In this document: positions 50,761 through 63,058 of the stretch, one piece after another
Numbering within the stretch: the stretch's first letter is position 1
How the letters are laid out: the number at the start of each line of letters is the position of its first letter
NCBI RefSeq assembly: GCF_036321535.1
Contig: NC_087437.1
Span: 116,872,001 to 116,936,000 of the forward strand
Direction of reading: 5' to 3'
Source: Camelus dromedarius
Lineage: Eukaryota
Length of the DNA stretch: 64,000 bases
Notes under the pieces: generated by a model
Told to the model about the DNA's origin: nothing
Databases searched by the model: none
The model's input: the letters and a program-made list of their open reading frames with translations, nothing else
Translations under genes and position numbers: made by a program

Positions 50761-52679
50761 ATAATTTTCAGTGACATGGAAAAATGTCACTAAACATTAT
50801 ACACAATATTAAGTAGAAAAGGAAAGGAAAAAAAGTCGATACCGTAAGATCCAAGCTGTTCATATCAACATGTTCTGTATCAAAATGTTCACAGCGGCTA
50901 CCTTGGCTGGTGGGAGCATCATGGTAAATTCCATCCCTTCCTCTACACTCTCATTCCCAGCTGTCTGCAATGGGCATGTATAACTTGGATAATCAGGGAA
51001 AACATATTTTTTTTTAATTTTCAAGAGTAGGGAACTATGAGCCTTTTGAAGTAATACTCTTGAGTCTTCAGTGGTTTGGCTGGGGAACACAGGGGAAGGG
51101 CTAGTGCCACCCCATCGTGCATCTGGGCACTTAGAACCCACACCTGGCATGAGTTGGTGACTGTCTCATTTGGTTCTTAAAATAAGGCTCCATATCGTGG
51201 GATGGAGGATTTACTTCTGCTTCCAGAATTTGACTTCAGTGTTACCAGAGGAATGCAAAAAGCCCAGTCATTTCACAGATTTGACAATCTAGATGTCCCC
51301 AAAGGAACAGAGACTGGTTAATTATTATTAGGCAATCATTGTTCTAGAAATGTCTGTCCAGAGATGACTTGGGCATTTTACCTTTTCCGATTTGGAGAAA
51401 GATATGATGCAGAGGACCCACACACTCTCCTGACGCCCTTCTCCACTGGGACTCAGACTTTCGGACCCTGCACCGTGGGTGGAATGCACCTGGCGGGATT
51501 TCCGCCGGCAGCGGTGTCCACAGGGACAGCGCCCCGAGCCACCTCCCACAGCAGGGACTTGACTCCTGGTGGAGAGTTTGTGCAGAAGGAACTGGTGTGC
51601 CAGTGGCTTCCTAGGAATCTTTCTTTCAAATCATATTAAAGGGATGCTGACAGAGATCGGAGCAAGGCTTAGGTTACCCAGCAGCCTCGAAAGTCCCCGT
51701 AGGAGTGGACATGGTTGCTGGCGGCTGTGGTAGCGTCTTCTGGGGAGCCTGCAGGCGGCAACACGCTCCGAGGGAGAATCAGCTCCTACGGAGTCACGTA
51801 CACCCTGGGAGGATCTGGCTGGACTTTTTTTCTCCGTGATCTCTTGGATTTCTTCCTGGTTTTGTTTAATTTTGTCTGCCTCTTTTTTCTCTATACTGCC
51901 CGAGGATGATTTGACCTCTCTGGTGAAATCTTAATTTGGGAATTTCTTGGATTTCCTGCTTGGAGATCACATCCTGGCGTCTCCGGATCCCATCGGTAGG
52001 GGTGCGCTGCTCCGCGCCTGCGCTCCGTGCCTTCTCTCCCGGGCGGCTCTCAAATGTTTTCTCCAGTCTCAGGAGAGACCCGCTAAGAATGTAAATTCTG
52101 TCTCACGGATGGGAAAATAGAGACGCCAAGAGGCTGAGTGACTTGCCCATGAGCGAGGCTCCAAACCCGCTCACCTCGGCGGCTGGCTCTCCTGAGCAAG
52201 GGCGCCGGGATGCAACAGCGCCCACAGCCCACACTGGCCCACGGTTCCACTCCGACATCCAGGAGTCCCCGTTGACACACTCCGCCGTCCCCAACAGGAG
52301 TTTTGGTATCTCCCCGCCAGGCTTCGTTTCCCAGCCACAGCACATCTGCTGCGACCACCTCTACCCCCAGATCAACAAGGGAACGAGCCACAGTCACAGC
52401 GCTTGAACCAACTGTCAAACAGATTTCACAAGAGAGAATTGCAACTTATAGGGAGCCCGCATATGGGAATCTAAACTTACCCAGGTAAGGGAGAAAGGCT
52501 AACCTGAAGTCTGAGCTGCAAAGAGCATCATTCTTCAGGAAAGCAGGAGAAAAGCTTAGACACTGACCCACCTCCCTGACTTCACTCACACAGGAGCAAG
52601 GAGCCAGTTTCCCGTGACCCAGACCACAAACATGCCAGCACAGCTCCCCCCACCCCCTACCCTCACCCCAGCGCTAACA

Positions 52680-53017
52680 GCAAACAGCAGCTGGAGAAGA
52701 TGGTGGACTAGTGTCCCAAAGAAACTTCTTAACCCAGTTAGAATTCAGGCTTCTTTTATACTGGGAGGTGGGGGTGGAGTCCTAGTTCCAGCCGGATGTG
52801 GAAGGGGATGTGTTAATGTCTTCCTTCCTGCAACCCTTCACAGGTGGGCTTGCTCACGAGGTTTCCTGTGAGCTAAACAAAGGTATGTTAGCTTAAGGCT
52901 CATTGCCTGGGAGGCCAGGTTCCCAGAGACCAGCCATTATGTGTAACTTGAGCTTTTAGGCAATGTCTCTTTAAGTGATTAACCCGCAGTAGAATACAAA
53001 GGTGCTTCTCTATTACA
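52680..53017 (-). mobile_element. ERV1-like LTR (U3 and part of R), apparently 3'-truncated
   Basis: Minus strand starts TGTAATAG at 53017; TATAAAA at 52760-52754; 'aagcctgaattctaact...ctttgggacactagtccaccatcttctc' resembles cetartiodactyl ERV LTRs; no AATAAA follows. Confidence 0.75.
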
Positions 53018-53055
53018 TTTTCAGCTAAAAGTGAATAAAACATCTCCTTAGCCAA

Positions 53056-53228
53056 CTTTTTTTGAATTGAAGTATCATAGATTTACAGTATTGTGTTAGC
53101 TTCAGGTGTGCAGCATAGTGATTCGATATTTTTGTTGACTGTACTCCATTATAGGTTATTACAAGGTAATGGGTTTAATTCCCGTGCTATAGAGCTTTTC
53201 CTTGTTGCTTATCTATTTGGTATATAGC
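53056..53228 (-). mobile_element. L1 3' UTR end
   Basis: 'ttttttgaattgaagtatcatagatttacagtattgtgttagcttcaggtgtgcagcatagtgattc'. Confidence 0.88.
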
Positions 53229-53499
53229 TGACATTTTTGAAACAGAGGCGTTGTTTGTTTTAGCCTTCAAGACTGAAGCAAACATTTGTTAGGAGGTTCC
53301 AAAAGACTTTGCAAACAATTTCCACCCATGACTTCCAAAGCTTGTGTAACATTCTGTGCTAGATGTGTGGGCTGCTTCCATGAAGCAACCATTTCCAGAA
53401 ATGTTTACTTTGCAGAAGTAAGCGTGCGTGTTCCCCATTCCTTTTGAAAACTTCCACATGTCCACATGACCGCTGGAGTGCTAAGCACACACACCCTCT

Positions 53500-53669
53500 C
53501 CTCCCCGCAGGCAGCCCTGGCCCTCTCCACGCCAGGAGCCAGACGCAGTATATGCCAGCGCCTTGATCTTGGACTTCCCAGCCTCCAGACAGTGAGAGAT
53601 AAATTTCTGTTGTTTGCAAGCCACCTAGTCAATGGGGTTCTGTTATAGCAGCCCAAACAGAATAAGACA
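53500..53669 (+). mobile_element. MLT1A-like LTR 3' part
   Basis: 'ccttgatcttggacttcccagcctccagacagtgagagataaatttctgttgtttgcaagccacctagtc...gttatagcagcccaaacag'. Confidence 0.8.
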
Positions 53670-53709
53670 CCCAGTGTCACTCAGATGGTGACCTTATTTG
53701 GAGACGGTC

Positions 53710-54585
53710 TTTTTTTAATTTGCATTCTCTTCTATTGACGTATAGTGAGTTTACAATGTTATGTCAATTTCTGGTGTACAGCATAATGTTTCAGTCATCC
53801 ATACACATACATAGATTCCTTTTTAAATTCTTTTTCGTTATAGGTTACTACAAGATATTGAATATAGTTCTCTGTGCTGTACAGAAGAAACTTGTTGTTT
53901 ATCTATTTTATATATAGTAGTTAGTATCTGCAAATCCCAAACTCCCAATTTAACCCTTCCCACCTCCTTACCCCCCAGTAACCATAAGTTTGTTCTCTAA
54001 TGTCTGTGAGTCTGTTTCTATTTTGTAAATAAGTTCATTTGTATCTTTTTTTAAGATTCTACATATAAATTATATCATATGGTATTTTTCTTTCTCTGTC
54101 TGACTTACTTCACTTAGAATGACGATCTCCGGGTCAATCCATATTGCTGCAAATGGCATTACTTTATTCTTTTTTATGGCTGAGTAGTATCATATATATA
54201 TCTTCTTTATCCAGTCTTCAGTCAATGGACATTTAGGTTGTTTCCATGTCTTGGTTATTGTAAATAGTGCTGCTGTGAACACTCAGGTGCATGTATCTTT
54301 TTGAATTAGAGTTTTCTCTGGATGTATGCCTGGGAGTGGGATTGCTGGATCATAGGGTAAGTCTATTTTCAGTTTTTTAAGGAACCTCTATACTGTCCTC
54401 CATAATGGCTGCACCAATTTACATTCCCAGCAGCAGTGCAGGAGGGTTCCCTTTTCTCCACACCCTCTCCAGCCTTAATCATTTGTGGACTTTTTAATGA
54501 CGGCCATTCTGACTGGCAGTTTTGATTTGCATTTCTCTGATAATTAGTGATATTGAGCATCTTCTCAAGTGTCTGTTGGCCATCG
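53710..54585 (-). mobile_element. Young L1 3' end inserted into an MLT1 LTR
   Basis: Standard L1 3' end; flanks ggagacggtctt / ggagacagggtctt; MLT1 sequence is continuous across the insertion. Confidence 0.92.
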
Positions 54586-54589
54586 GGAC

Positions 54590-54961
54590 AGGAGACAGGG
54601 TCTTCACAGAGATAATCACGTTAAAATTAGGTCATGATGGGAAGCCCTGATCCAGTATGACGGGTGTCCTTACAAAAAGGGGGAGTTTGGACACAGACAC
54701 ACACAGAGGGAGAGCTGCGTGAGGAGAGGAAGGAAGAACACCACGTTAAAATTCGAGTTACACTGCCACCAGCCAAGGGCTGTCTGGGGCCACCAGAAGC
54801 TGGGACAGGTCCTTCCCCTGCACCTTCAGAGGGAGCTCAGCTCTGCCAACACCTTGACTTCAGACTTCTTCCCTCCGGAACTGTAACAGAAAAAATGTCT
54901 GTTGTTCTAAGCCACCAAGTTTTGGGTACTTTGTTACAAAAGGCTCTAGGAAACCAATACA
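54590..54961 (+). mobile_element. MLT1B/C-like LTR (5' piece at about 53670-53710)
   Basis: 'agggtcttcacagagataatcacgttaaaattaggtcat...ccaccagaagctgg...ctaggaaaccaataca'. Confidence 0.88.
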
Positions 54962-55098
54962 GACCAGAAGCCAATAGTTCCCACGCTGGGTTTACTTTCC
55001 ATCACTCAGACATGCCAGCCCAGCGTGGGCCCCAGACCCACACGGTTGTTTGGCAGCTGCCCCTTATAGGCCCTGTGTCTTCAGAAGGCATTAGATAC

Positions 55099-55282
55099 AG
55101 AGTTGTCAATTTAATAAATAAAAATACAGCATGCCCAGGTACATTTGAACTCCAGATAAATAATTTTTTAGAATAAGTATGTCCCAGGCAATATTTGGGA
55201 CATGCTTCAGCTAAAAAAATTTATTGGTTGTTTTTCTGAAATTCAACTTTGATGGGCATCCTGTATTTTATCTGGCCAGCCT
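55099..55282 (+). mobile_element. Full-length MER53 palindromic MITE
   Basis: 'aataaaaatacagcatgcccagg...tttagaataagtatgtcccaggcaatatttgggacatgcttcagctaaa...gggcatcctgtattttatctggc'. Confidence 0.88.
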
Positions 55283-55620
55283 GGGTAGGGAGCATCCTTG
55301 GAATATTTCAGATTCCCTGGAAAAGATATGTATTTGATGCCACAAGGAGGGCTGGGAGAATTTCCACAGAGCTGGGCCAGAAGATGGGACTCATTGTTTA
55401 GCATCAGATCTCTGATGCTCGCAAAATAAATCGCAGAAACTTAAGTGCCCCGGTATGCAACTCAACTCTCCCATTTTCTGTGTAGGTGAACTCTTTCTGT
55501 TGTGTCATTTATCTAATACCTATGTTGTAGTTCAGGATACAGAGCCCATCTCAGTGCATGTCCATGACCGAGTTATTCCACCTGCAAAGAGAATACTCAT
55601 CCTAGACTGTTCAGAACAGA

Positions 55621-55768
55621 CAGGGCCAGCCACCCAGGACCCGCTTTCAGAAGGGCCTGTGTTTGGTTCAGAGCAGTGGTCACCACAATGAAGGTCTTAA
55701 TAATTTTTGAGCAAGGGGCCCTGTATTTTTCTTTTCCACGGGCCCCACAAATTACACAGCTGGTCCTG
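55621..55768 (+). mobile_element. MER45A (hAT-Tip100)
   Basis: 'cagggccagc...tcttaataatttttgagcaaggggccctgtatttttc...gggccccacaaattacacagctggtcctg'. Confidence 0.8.
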
Positions 55769-56164
55769 AGGACAGGTGTACCTAAAGTCAGGTAAGCAGG
55801 CTACCCCAAACGTTTTCATCACATCTCCCAGAGATGCATGTACCTCTCCCACGGATGCATTGTGGAAACTGTTTAGCAACCCTTGCTTGTGCAGGAGACG
55901 GTGAGCTCGGTGGAGGCTGGAATGGGGAGATTAATTGGCAGCTGACGGGGCCCGCCTGACGGAGGCATTCTGAAGCGGGGTAACGAGACTCTGCTCATCT
56001 CCTGAACAGAGCGCTGCCCCGAGGAAACAGCGTGCACGGCGTTGCATCGAAAGGGACTCAGGACCATCCTAGATGCTCACGCACAGGCCCCGCATGGGCG
56101 TGGGGCGGCTGCCGCGCCGAGGGCGTGGGGCTGCAGGTGCCCTCTGGGATGTAGGGACCGTCTA

Positions 56165-56680
56165 GCAGTTGAGATGAGATTCCCACAATAACAAGTTATC
56201 CATTTGAAAGCGAACAATTCAGTGGCCCTTTTTACATCCACCACGTATGCAGCCTTCACGTCTATCTACTTTCAGAGCATTTTCATCGCCCCCAAAAACA
56301 AAGCCCCACAGTCCTTAAGCAGTCACTCCCTCTCCCCTTCCCCACAGAGCCTGGAAAGCAGTAATTATCTCTGTCTCTTTAGATTGACCTTTTCTGGACA
56401 TTTCCAGTAAACGGCAGTGTACAATATATGACTTTTTATAGTGGCCTCCTTTGACTCATAATGTTTTCGAGGCTCATTCGTGTTGTAGCTTGTGTCAGTA
56501 CTTCACCCTTTGCTATGGCTGAATAATACCCTATCGTATGGATTGCCCACATTTTTGTGTTGATGGACGTTTGAGTGATTTCCACCTTTCGGCTCTTGTG
56601 AACAAAGCGGCCGTGCTCATTCGCGTACAAGTATCTGTTGACTTGCTTTCAGTTCTTTGGGTAGGTACTGAATTGCACCC
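56165..56680 (-). mobile_element. Old L1MB-like 3' end
   Basis: Minus-strand peptide MWAIHTIGYYSAI..EVLTQATTRMSLENIM; 'ttctggacatttc'. Confidence 0.8.
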
Positions 56681-56816
56681 CATGGGACTGGAATTTCTGT
56701 GCACCCCCATCATGTTGATTGTACGGCAGACCTTGCTGAGACCTCCCATTTCAAGGGGTTCTGTGTAATCTCTGCTCATATTTTCAACTTTTATCTCGAA
56801 TCTTTTTACTACAGAT

Positions 56817-57004
56817 CAAAGGTCGGCAGACTTTTCCTACAAGGGCCAGAGAAGTAAATCGTTTAGGTTTTGTGGGTCTGGTGGTCTCTGTTGCAACTAC
56901 TCAGCTCTGTGTAGCGTGAAGCGATCCCGGACAACACGCAAAACGTGTTCTGTGCTCCAGGAAGACGTGATGCACAAAAGCAGGCTGTAGTTTACCAACC
57001 TCAG
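56817..57004 (-). mobile_element. MER58A
   Basis: 'ggtcggcagacttttcctacaagggccaga...ggtctctgttgcaactactcagctctg'. Confidence 0.8.
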
Positions 57005-57251
57005 CTCTAGGACCAGCTCAAAAGGATGTGGTCTCTTCCAAGTGCTTCATTCTATAAAGAACGGAGCTCCAGCCAGGACAGGACAGGACAAGCTAGGATA
57101 TGGTAGGACAGGATAAGTCAGAACGCACATTCCATACGTATTTGGGTCCAGGCGCACTTACATTTCCAGGGCCAGTGAGGATGACACAGGAAGTGGACTT
57201 GGCTCGTGGCAGAAGGGACTTGAGGCAGCACCTTAAGAACTCCCTGATTCT

Positions 57252-58011
57252 AGAAAAGGGAACCCTCCTACACTGCTGGTGGGAAGGAAGTTTGGTGTAG
57301 CCCTTATAGAAAACAATACAGAGATTCCTCAAAAAACTAAAAATAGACTTACCATATGATCCAAGAATCCCACTTCTGGGCATAAATCTGGAGGGAACTC
57401 AAATTTGAAAAGACACATGCACTCCAGTGTTCACAGCAGCACTATTTACAACAGCCAAGACATGGAAACAACCTAAATGTCCATTGACAGATAACTGGAT
57501 AAAGAAGATGTGAGATATATATATATTTACACAGTGGAATACTATTCAACCATAAAAAAGAATAGAATACTGCCATTTGCAACAACATGGATGGACTTGG
57601 AGATTGTTAGTTCTAAGTGAGGTAAGCCAGAAAGAGAAAGAAAAATGCCCTATGAGATCATTTATATGTAGAATCTAAAAGACAGAGAGAGACAAATGAA
57701 CTTACTTACAAAACAGAAACAGACTCACAGACATAGAAAACAAAGTTATGGTTACCCGGGGGAAAGGGGGTAGGAAGGGATAAATTGGGAATTCGAGATT
57801 TGCAGATACTAACTACTATATATAAAATAGATAAACAACAAGTTTCTTCTGTACAGCACAGGGAACTATATCCAATATCTTGTAGTAACCTTATAACGAA
57901 AAAGAATATGAAAATGAATATACGTATGTATATGCATGACTGAAACATTGTGCTGTACACCAGAAACTGACACAACATTGTAAACTGACTACACTTCAAT
58001 TAAAAAAAAAA
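57252..58011 (+). mobile_element. Young L1 3' end with TSD
   Basis: Poly-A tail; TSD ctccctgattct at 57240-57251 and 58013-58024. Confidence 0.95.
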
Positions 58012-59369
58012 CCTCCCTGATTCTGAAACTTGTGCAATCCTGGGATGTGTCCCTGACATGAGCAGCTGAGTTGAGTTTGAGGAAAGTTGGGCCACCCTCT
58101 GGCTGGGCTGGTTTGGAGATAAAAAGTTGATGAATTGATGGACTGATCCCTCAGTGTCCTTTCCACCACTGACCCTGTCTGAGATTTATCAGGGCTGGAA
58201 GGGGCATCCAAGCTCAGAACTCGTTCATCAGACACACATTTATCGAGCCCTTACTGTACACAGGCACCATGCTACATCTTGGGTGTCTCACGTCTTGCAT
58301 TGCAGGTTTTCTTGGGCAATCTGGCTTGGATACTTCCAGTCACAGGAAGCTCAGGACCCGCCCAGGGCAGCCTGCCCCGTGGCTGGACAGTGCTGTGCTG
58401 CGTCAGAAATGCCTAAAGCTCACCAGCACGATTCGCCACCTGCTTCCAACCAGGCAGCCCCACCACATACAAACACAAAGAGAACAGCAAGGAAACAAGG
58501 AAATAGCCAGCAAACAAAGGAACACCGGCTACAGCTTTTATCAGTCCTGGTGTCTTTAAAAGCAAAATCAATTTCACACCTGATGACTTCCTGGAAAGTT
58601 CCCTAACTCTGGCAACGTTGAAGACTGACTCCTAAGAGCTGCTTCCCATGAAGAAGGGCGCATCTTCCCTCTGAAGACCTCATCAGAGCCCTTCCCTTAA
58701 ACCGCAGTCTCCAAAAAAGGCAAAGAGTCTGGACAGGACAGAGATGAAAACCGTAGGCCTCGGGGCCAGGCAAGCCTGGGCTGGAGAGGTTGCCCTTTCC
58801 CCTACCTGCTGCAGGACTTGGACACGGGGCACGTCAGCGAGCTGGAGGAGGCAGTTTCCGGGTCTGTAAAACTGGGTGGTGATCGTAGCAGCTTCACAGG
58901 GTGGCCTGGATGAGCCACACCATCTGCAGGGGCCGAGAGGCCAGGAGCTAACAGTCAGTTAAAGGCCTTTCCCCTCTGGCCTCTCATGAGAGGCTAAAGA
59001 GAGTCAGCGCAGGCCGGGGTGGGGGGACCCCATGGAGACCCAGCAGCCATCAGGGATCAGGCTGACAGCCTGAGGTTAAAAGAGAAGTATCAGTGTGATG
59101 GGAACACAGGCAGACAGAGGTCAAAGCCAGGAGAAAAAGAGAGTGGCCCAAATGCAGAAGCCACTAGAAGCAGGCCCACCTCACCCCACCCCAGGAATCC
59201 CTTGGCTGCATCGCAGGCCTCGCCTCACCCGTCCCACGCCTGCAAGATGCTGTTCTCCAGCAGAAGTCTGCACGGGATCTCCACCCCGCCGTAAGCCATG
59301 AAATCAGCTGAGATGGCCACAGCCAGCAACTGACAAAAATGAAGCAAGAATGGAATAGCGATAACATGG

Positions 59370-59534
59370 ATAGTGCAGGGACCTCTATTCAATACTTTAT
59401 AATAGCCTATAATGAAAAAGAATATGAAAAGGAATATGCACATATATATATATATATATATATGAATCACTATGTTGTACACCTGAAACTAACACAGCAT
59501 TGGAAACTGACTATACTTCAATTTTTAAAAAAAA
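59370..59534 (+). mobile_element. Short L1 3' UTR end
   Basis: 'tataatgaaaaagaatatgaaaagg...ctgactatacttcaat'; flanks aagaatggaatag / aaggatggaatag. Confidence 0.85.
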
Positions 59535-60711
59535 GGATGGAATAGAATGGAATATGTCAGGATACACACCGTTTCAGCACGTGTACGTGTGTCTACACGC
59601 ACAAGCTGTATATGTATGTGGACACAGGCTTAAGCACTTAGACTAGAACCGAAAATTTCAGCACACGTGTGTATGTTAAGGGTAAGTAGTGTTTGGATTA
59701 CACACACAAACACACAAACACACACACACAGGTGTATATGTATGTATGTATACACATATTTTCTTAAACTTTTCTTGGTTACAGTCAGGAAGGACGGGCA
59801 GCCTCCGTTTCATGCATCCTTCAGGAACTCTTGGAGCCAGTGAGAGGACTAGCCTGTGATTCAATGTCCTGACCCCATCGTGCTACCTGGGGACGGTGGA
59901 CAGGGCAGCAGGAACAGAAGGCAGAGCCAATCAACCAGTATTTTACGTATGGAGAGCAATGAGATGAGATGTTCATGTATTTCCTGAAGAGACGAGTGCA
60001 TGAAATTAAGTCTAAATGCAACCATTAAATTCCACAAGCAATTGAACAATGTGGAAAAGGGCTCTAACAACTGTAAGTGGCTTTACATCTTTCCCAGTCC
60101 CACAGGCACGAGTGATAAGCGAAGCTTGTACCCAAGAAAGATTTGCATTTTCATGAACCCAGTATTCATATTCTCAGGAAGCAAAGATTAGAATATTGAC
60201 ATTTCTAGCTTTCAGCACCAGCTGACAGCACCTGGCAGGTGGCAAGGAGATGGCAGGGAGGTGGGGTGTATAAACTGCAACAAATCCTCTAAAATATCAG
60301 CCCGCAGAAAAGAATCCTTACTTTACAACACTTATGTAGAGATCCCAAGGCATGTGGGTTTGTAAAAAAAATTTCTTGTCACCAATCAGCCAAATATCCA
60401 AGGTGACAGAACCCGGGCAGGTGCCGCCGCTGGCCTGTCCACGACTTGGAGGTCCCTCGTGATGAGGGCACAGAGCTTGGTGGAGCTATTTTTTTATCAA
60501 CAGCTTACAAAGCACTTGGCTCCTAACAGAAGCTCACCTCATGCCTATAATTGAAGGAATTCATTCCTTCCAGAAATATTTATCAAGGGCTATTGTGTAT
60601 CAAGCTGGGAATTCAGTGGAGAAGGAAGGGACAGAGGGAGGGAGGGAGGGGGTAAATGCACAGCAGTTGCAGGAAGCCGGGTAGACATTCCCGATGAATA
60701 AGCTCTAATTC

Positions 60712-61200
60712 GAGGGCTCCTAATCAGGGGTCCGCAAGACCCCTAAGGACAGAACTCGAGGGGGTCTTTGAAGTTGCTTAGGAAAATAATGACATTTATA
60801 TTTTTCCTAACCTCCAACTGAAAATTAGCATTTACTTCCATTGTGAATGAACACAACAAACAGCACAGACTGAACCTAGGCCTTGGCCATGGATTAGAAA
60901 TCACAGATACTTTGATGTAACGTTACATTTGTTCCAGAAATCTCAGAATAGCATTGATTGGCCATCACTACTTTGAAATAAGAGTGGTTATCAGAACGGC
61001 TGGTAGGTCTTATTACAAAATACGTTAAAAATGAGAGCACAAATTTTTTAATTATAGTAACTGTGTATCGATATACTAGTTGAATTTCTTTGCAATCCAG
61101 AGTGTTTTATTTTATGCATTTAAAAACGTTATCCTAACAAGGGGTCCACAGGCATCATCAAAGAGGTCATGGCATCTGGAGAGGGAAGAACCCCCACCCT
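60712..61200. mobile_element. MER113-like hAT-Charlie element
   Basis: 'ttttattttatgcatttaaaaacgttatcctaacaaggggtccacaggc'. Confidence 0.65.
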
Positions 61201-62459
61201 AAGCAGGACCCGCTCACAGAGCCAGGGGCACACCCAGGGGGCCCCTAACCGAGGCTGCCCCCGACCCCGCCACGGGGGAGCAAGTGAGCAGCTCACGCTT
61301 CAGGGAAGGCGGCGGGAAACGGCTGCTCCTCAGACATCCATCAGAGTCGTCACCACCTTCACACTTTATAAAAACTAAACCAACTCAAAGCTCTTCTGCA
61401 GAGCAGAGACGGCTGGTTGTAAGATGTCTTGCTCTCAGCTAACAGTTTACACACAGTATGAGAACCTTGGCACTAGACCCCCGCAACTGAAAGGCTGGCA
61501 AGTTGGATATTTTGTCATTTTTTAAATAAAGAAATTGAAACTCAGAGCAAAGCATTTGCATCTTGCCCAGCATCACTCAATCTATGTGCCAGCGGCTGAG
61601 CAAGTCCTTGAAGTTCAGCCTGCGGACCTTAAGCGCGGGCCCTGGTCCTGGCCCTGGTCCTGGCGGCCCTCCACGCGGGAGTGCTGCACACCCGCCTGCA
61701 CCGCGCATGCGCCCTGTGCGGGGCGCCCGGAAGCCCTGCCTCCAGCACACCTGCCTCTGCTGAGCCTAGATCTGAACTTCCTGGGAGTCCCTTGGTTTCT
61801 CAAAGCACAGCGCTATCTCCCTCTCTTCCCTTTGGGTGCCCTTGTTGAGGATGCCGTGAAAGCCAGGTGAGGAGAAACAGCACGGATAAAAATAACAAGG
61901 GAGGCGACCCCCCAGCCGCCCACTTCCACCAGGATAGCTATAAAAATACACTGCAAAGGTCAGAAGGTCCGGTTTCCTGACCCACCAGTGCCCTGAGAGT
62001 CCTCGGCCTTCTCCAGGTGAGCTCTCCCTTAAAATCTGACACCAAATGTTGGGGGTGGGGGGAGGCGCTCCCAGCGCTGTTTCTGGGCAGGGCCTGGCCG
62101 GCAGTCTGCTGATGGTTAACTCCCCAGGAGCCAGCTTCAAGCACTACGCATCCTCTCAGATCTCCCTGTGAGGGAGACTTTCTTCCCATTTGACAGATGC
62201 AGAAACTGAGGGACTCCACTCATGTGGGGGAGGGGGCCCTGCTCCCTGTCCCGAGCTCTCACTCCACCCTCACCCCTGGATTCTGCATAGGAGAGAGAAC
62301 CAGCCAGCGCAGGCTTCAACTTTCTAAAGTCTGATTACCCTTGTGAGTCTGGAATACCCTTCCTCTATGTTCCACAGTCTCGATTGCCCCAAAAGAGCCT
62401 CGAAGCAGCAAAAACTGCCCTTTCCTGACTTCCCCTACCTTCTGACCTCTTAAATCTCC

Positions 62460-62725
62460 CTCTGCTCTTTGGGATTTCCCTGGGGGAATCTCCCCAAAGT
62501 ACTAGTCACAGGATTGCATGGGGTGGAGCTGGAACATTTTGCTTACGAAACCAGGTCTTGTTTCAACTGCACAGTTTTGCAAGCTCCCATGTTTAGCATC
62601 CGTCAATCTCCTACGTAGAGAAGTAGGGGAGGGGGTGGGGGCGTGACTCAGTGCGGCAGGTTGCATAAGCCTTGCACTGAAAAGATGAGAGAGGATCCAG
62701 GAGCACATATTTGCATAAGCATCTG
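62460..62725. promoter_or_regulatory. Candidate inducible enhancer (2x NF-kB, AP-1, 2x C/EBP-like, octamer)
   Basis: GGGATTTCCC 62471-62480, GGGAATCTCC 62484-62493, TGACTCA 62644-62650, TTGCATAA at 62661 and 62711, ATTTGCAT 62709-62716. Confidence 0.45.
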
Positions 62726-62894
62726 CATATCGTTAGCCTTTGGATAACATCTCTGCTTTCCTGGGAGATTGGAGGTAAGGATCCAAAGTGCTGCAAACAG
62801 GCTTGCTGAGCCTCCTAGCCAGGAACAGTCAACAGCAGCTGAAGCTGAGGGGCCAGGATCACTGAGCGGTTCCTCCTCAGTTCCCATCTTAGAT

Positions 62895-63058
62895 GAGTGG
62901 GTCTCAAAGTGTGGTCCCCAGCAAGGGCATCGGCATCCCCTGGGAGCTTGTTAGACCTGCAGATTCTCAGGCACCGCCCAGAAATGCTGAATCAGAAATG
63001 CTGGGGGTGGAGCCCTGCCCTCCAGGTAATTCTGATGAGCTGAAGTGTGAGAACTGTA
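62895..63058. mobile_element. MER5A
   Basis: 'gtgggtctcaaagtgtggtcccc...ctgggagcttgttaga..tgcagattctcagg...ctgaatcagaaa...ccctccaggtaattctgatg...tgagaac'. Confidence 0.85.

Noticed and set aside
61639..61663. Short tandem duplications (ggccctggtcct twice; similar ones near 7862, 17310 and 46932)
   Set aside because: Ordinary slippage duplications with no sign of function
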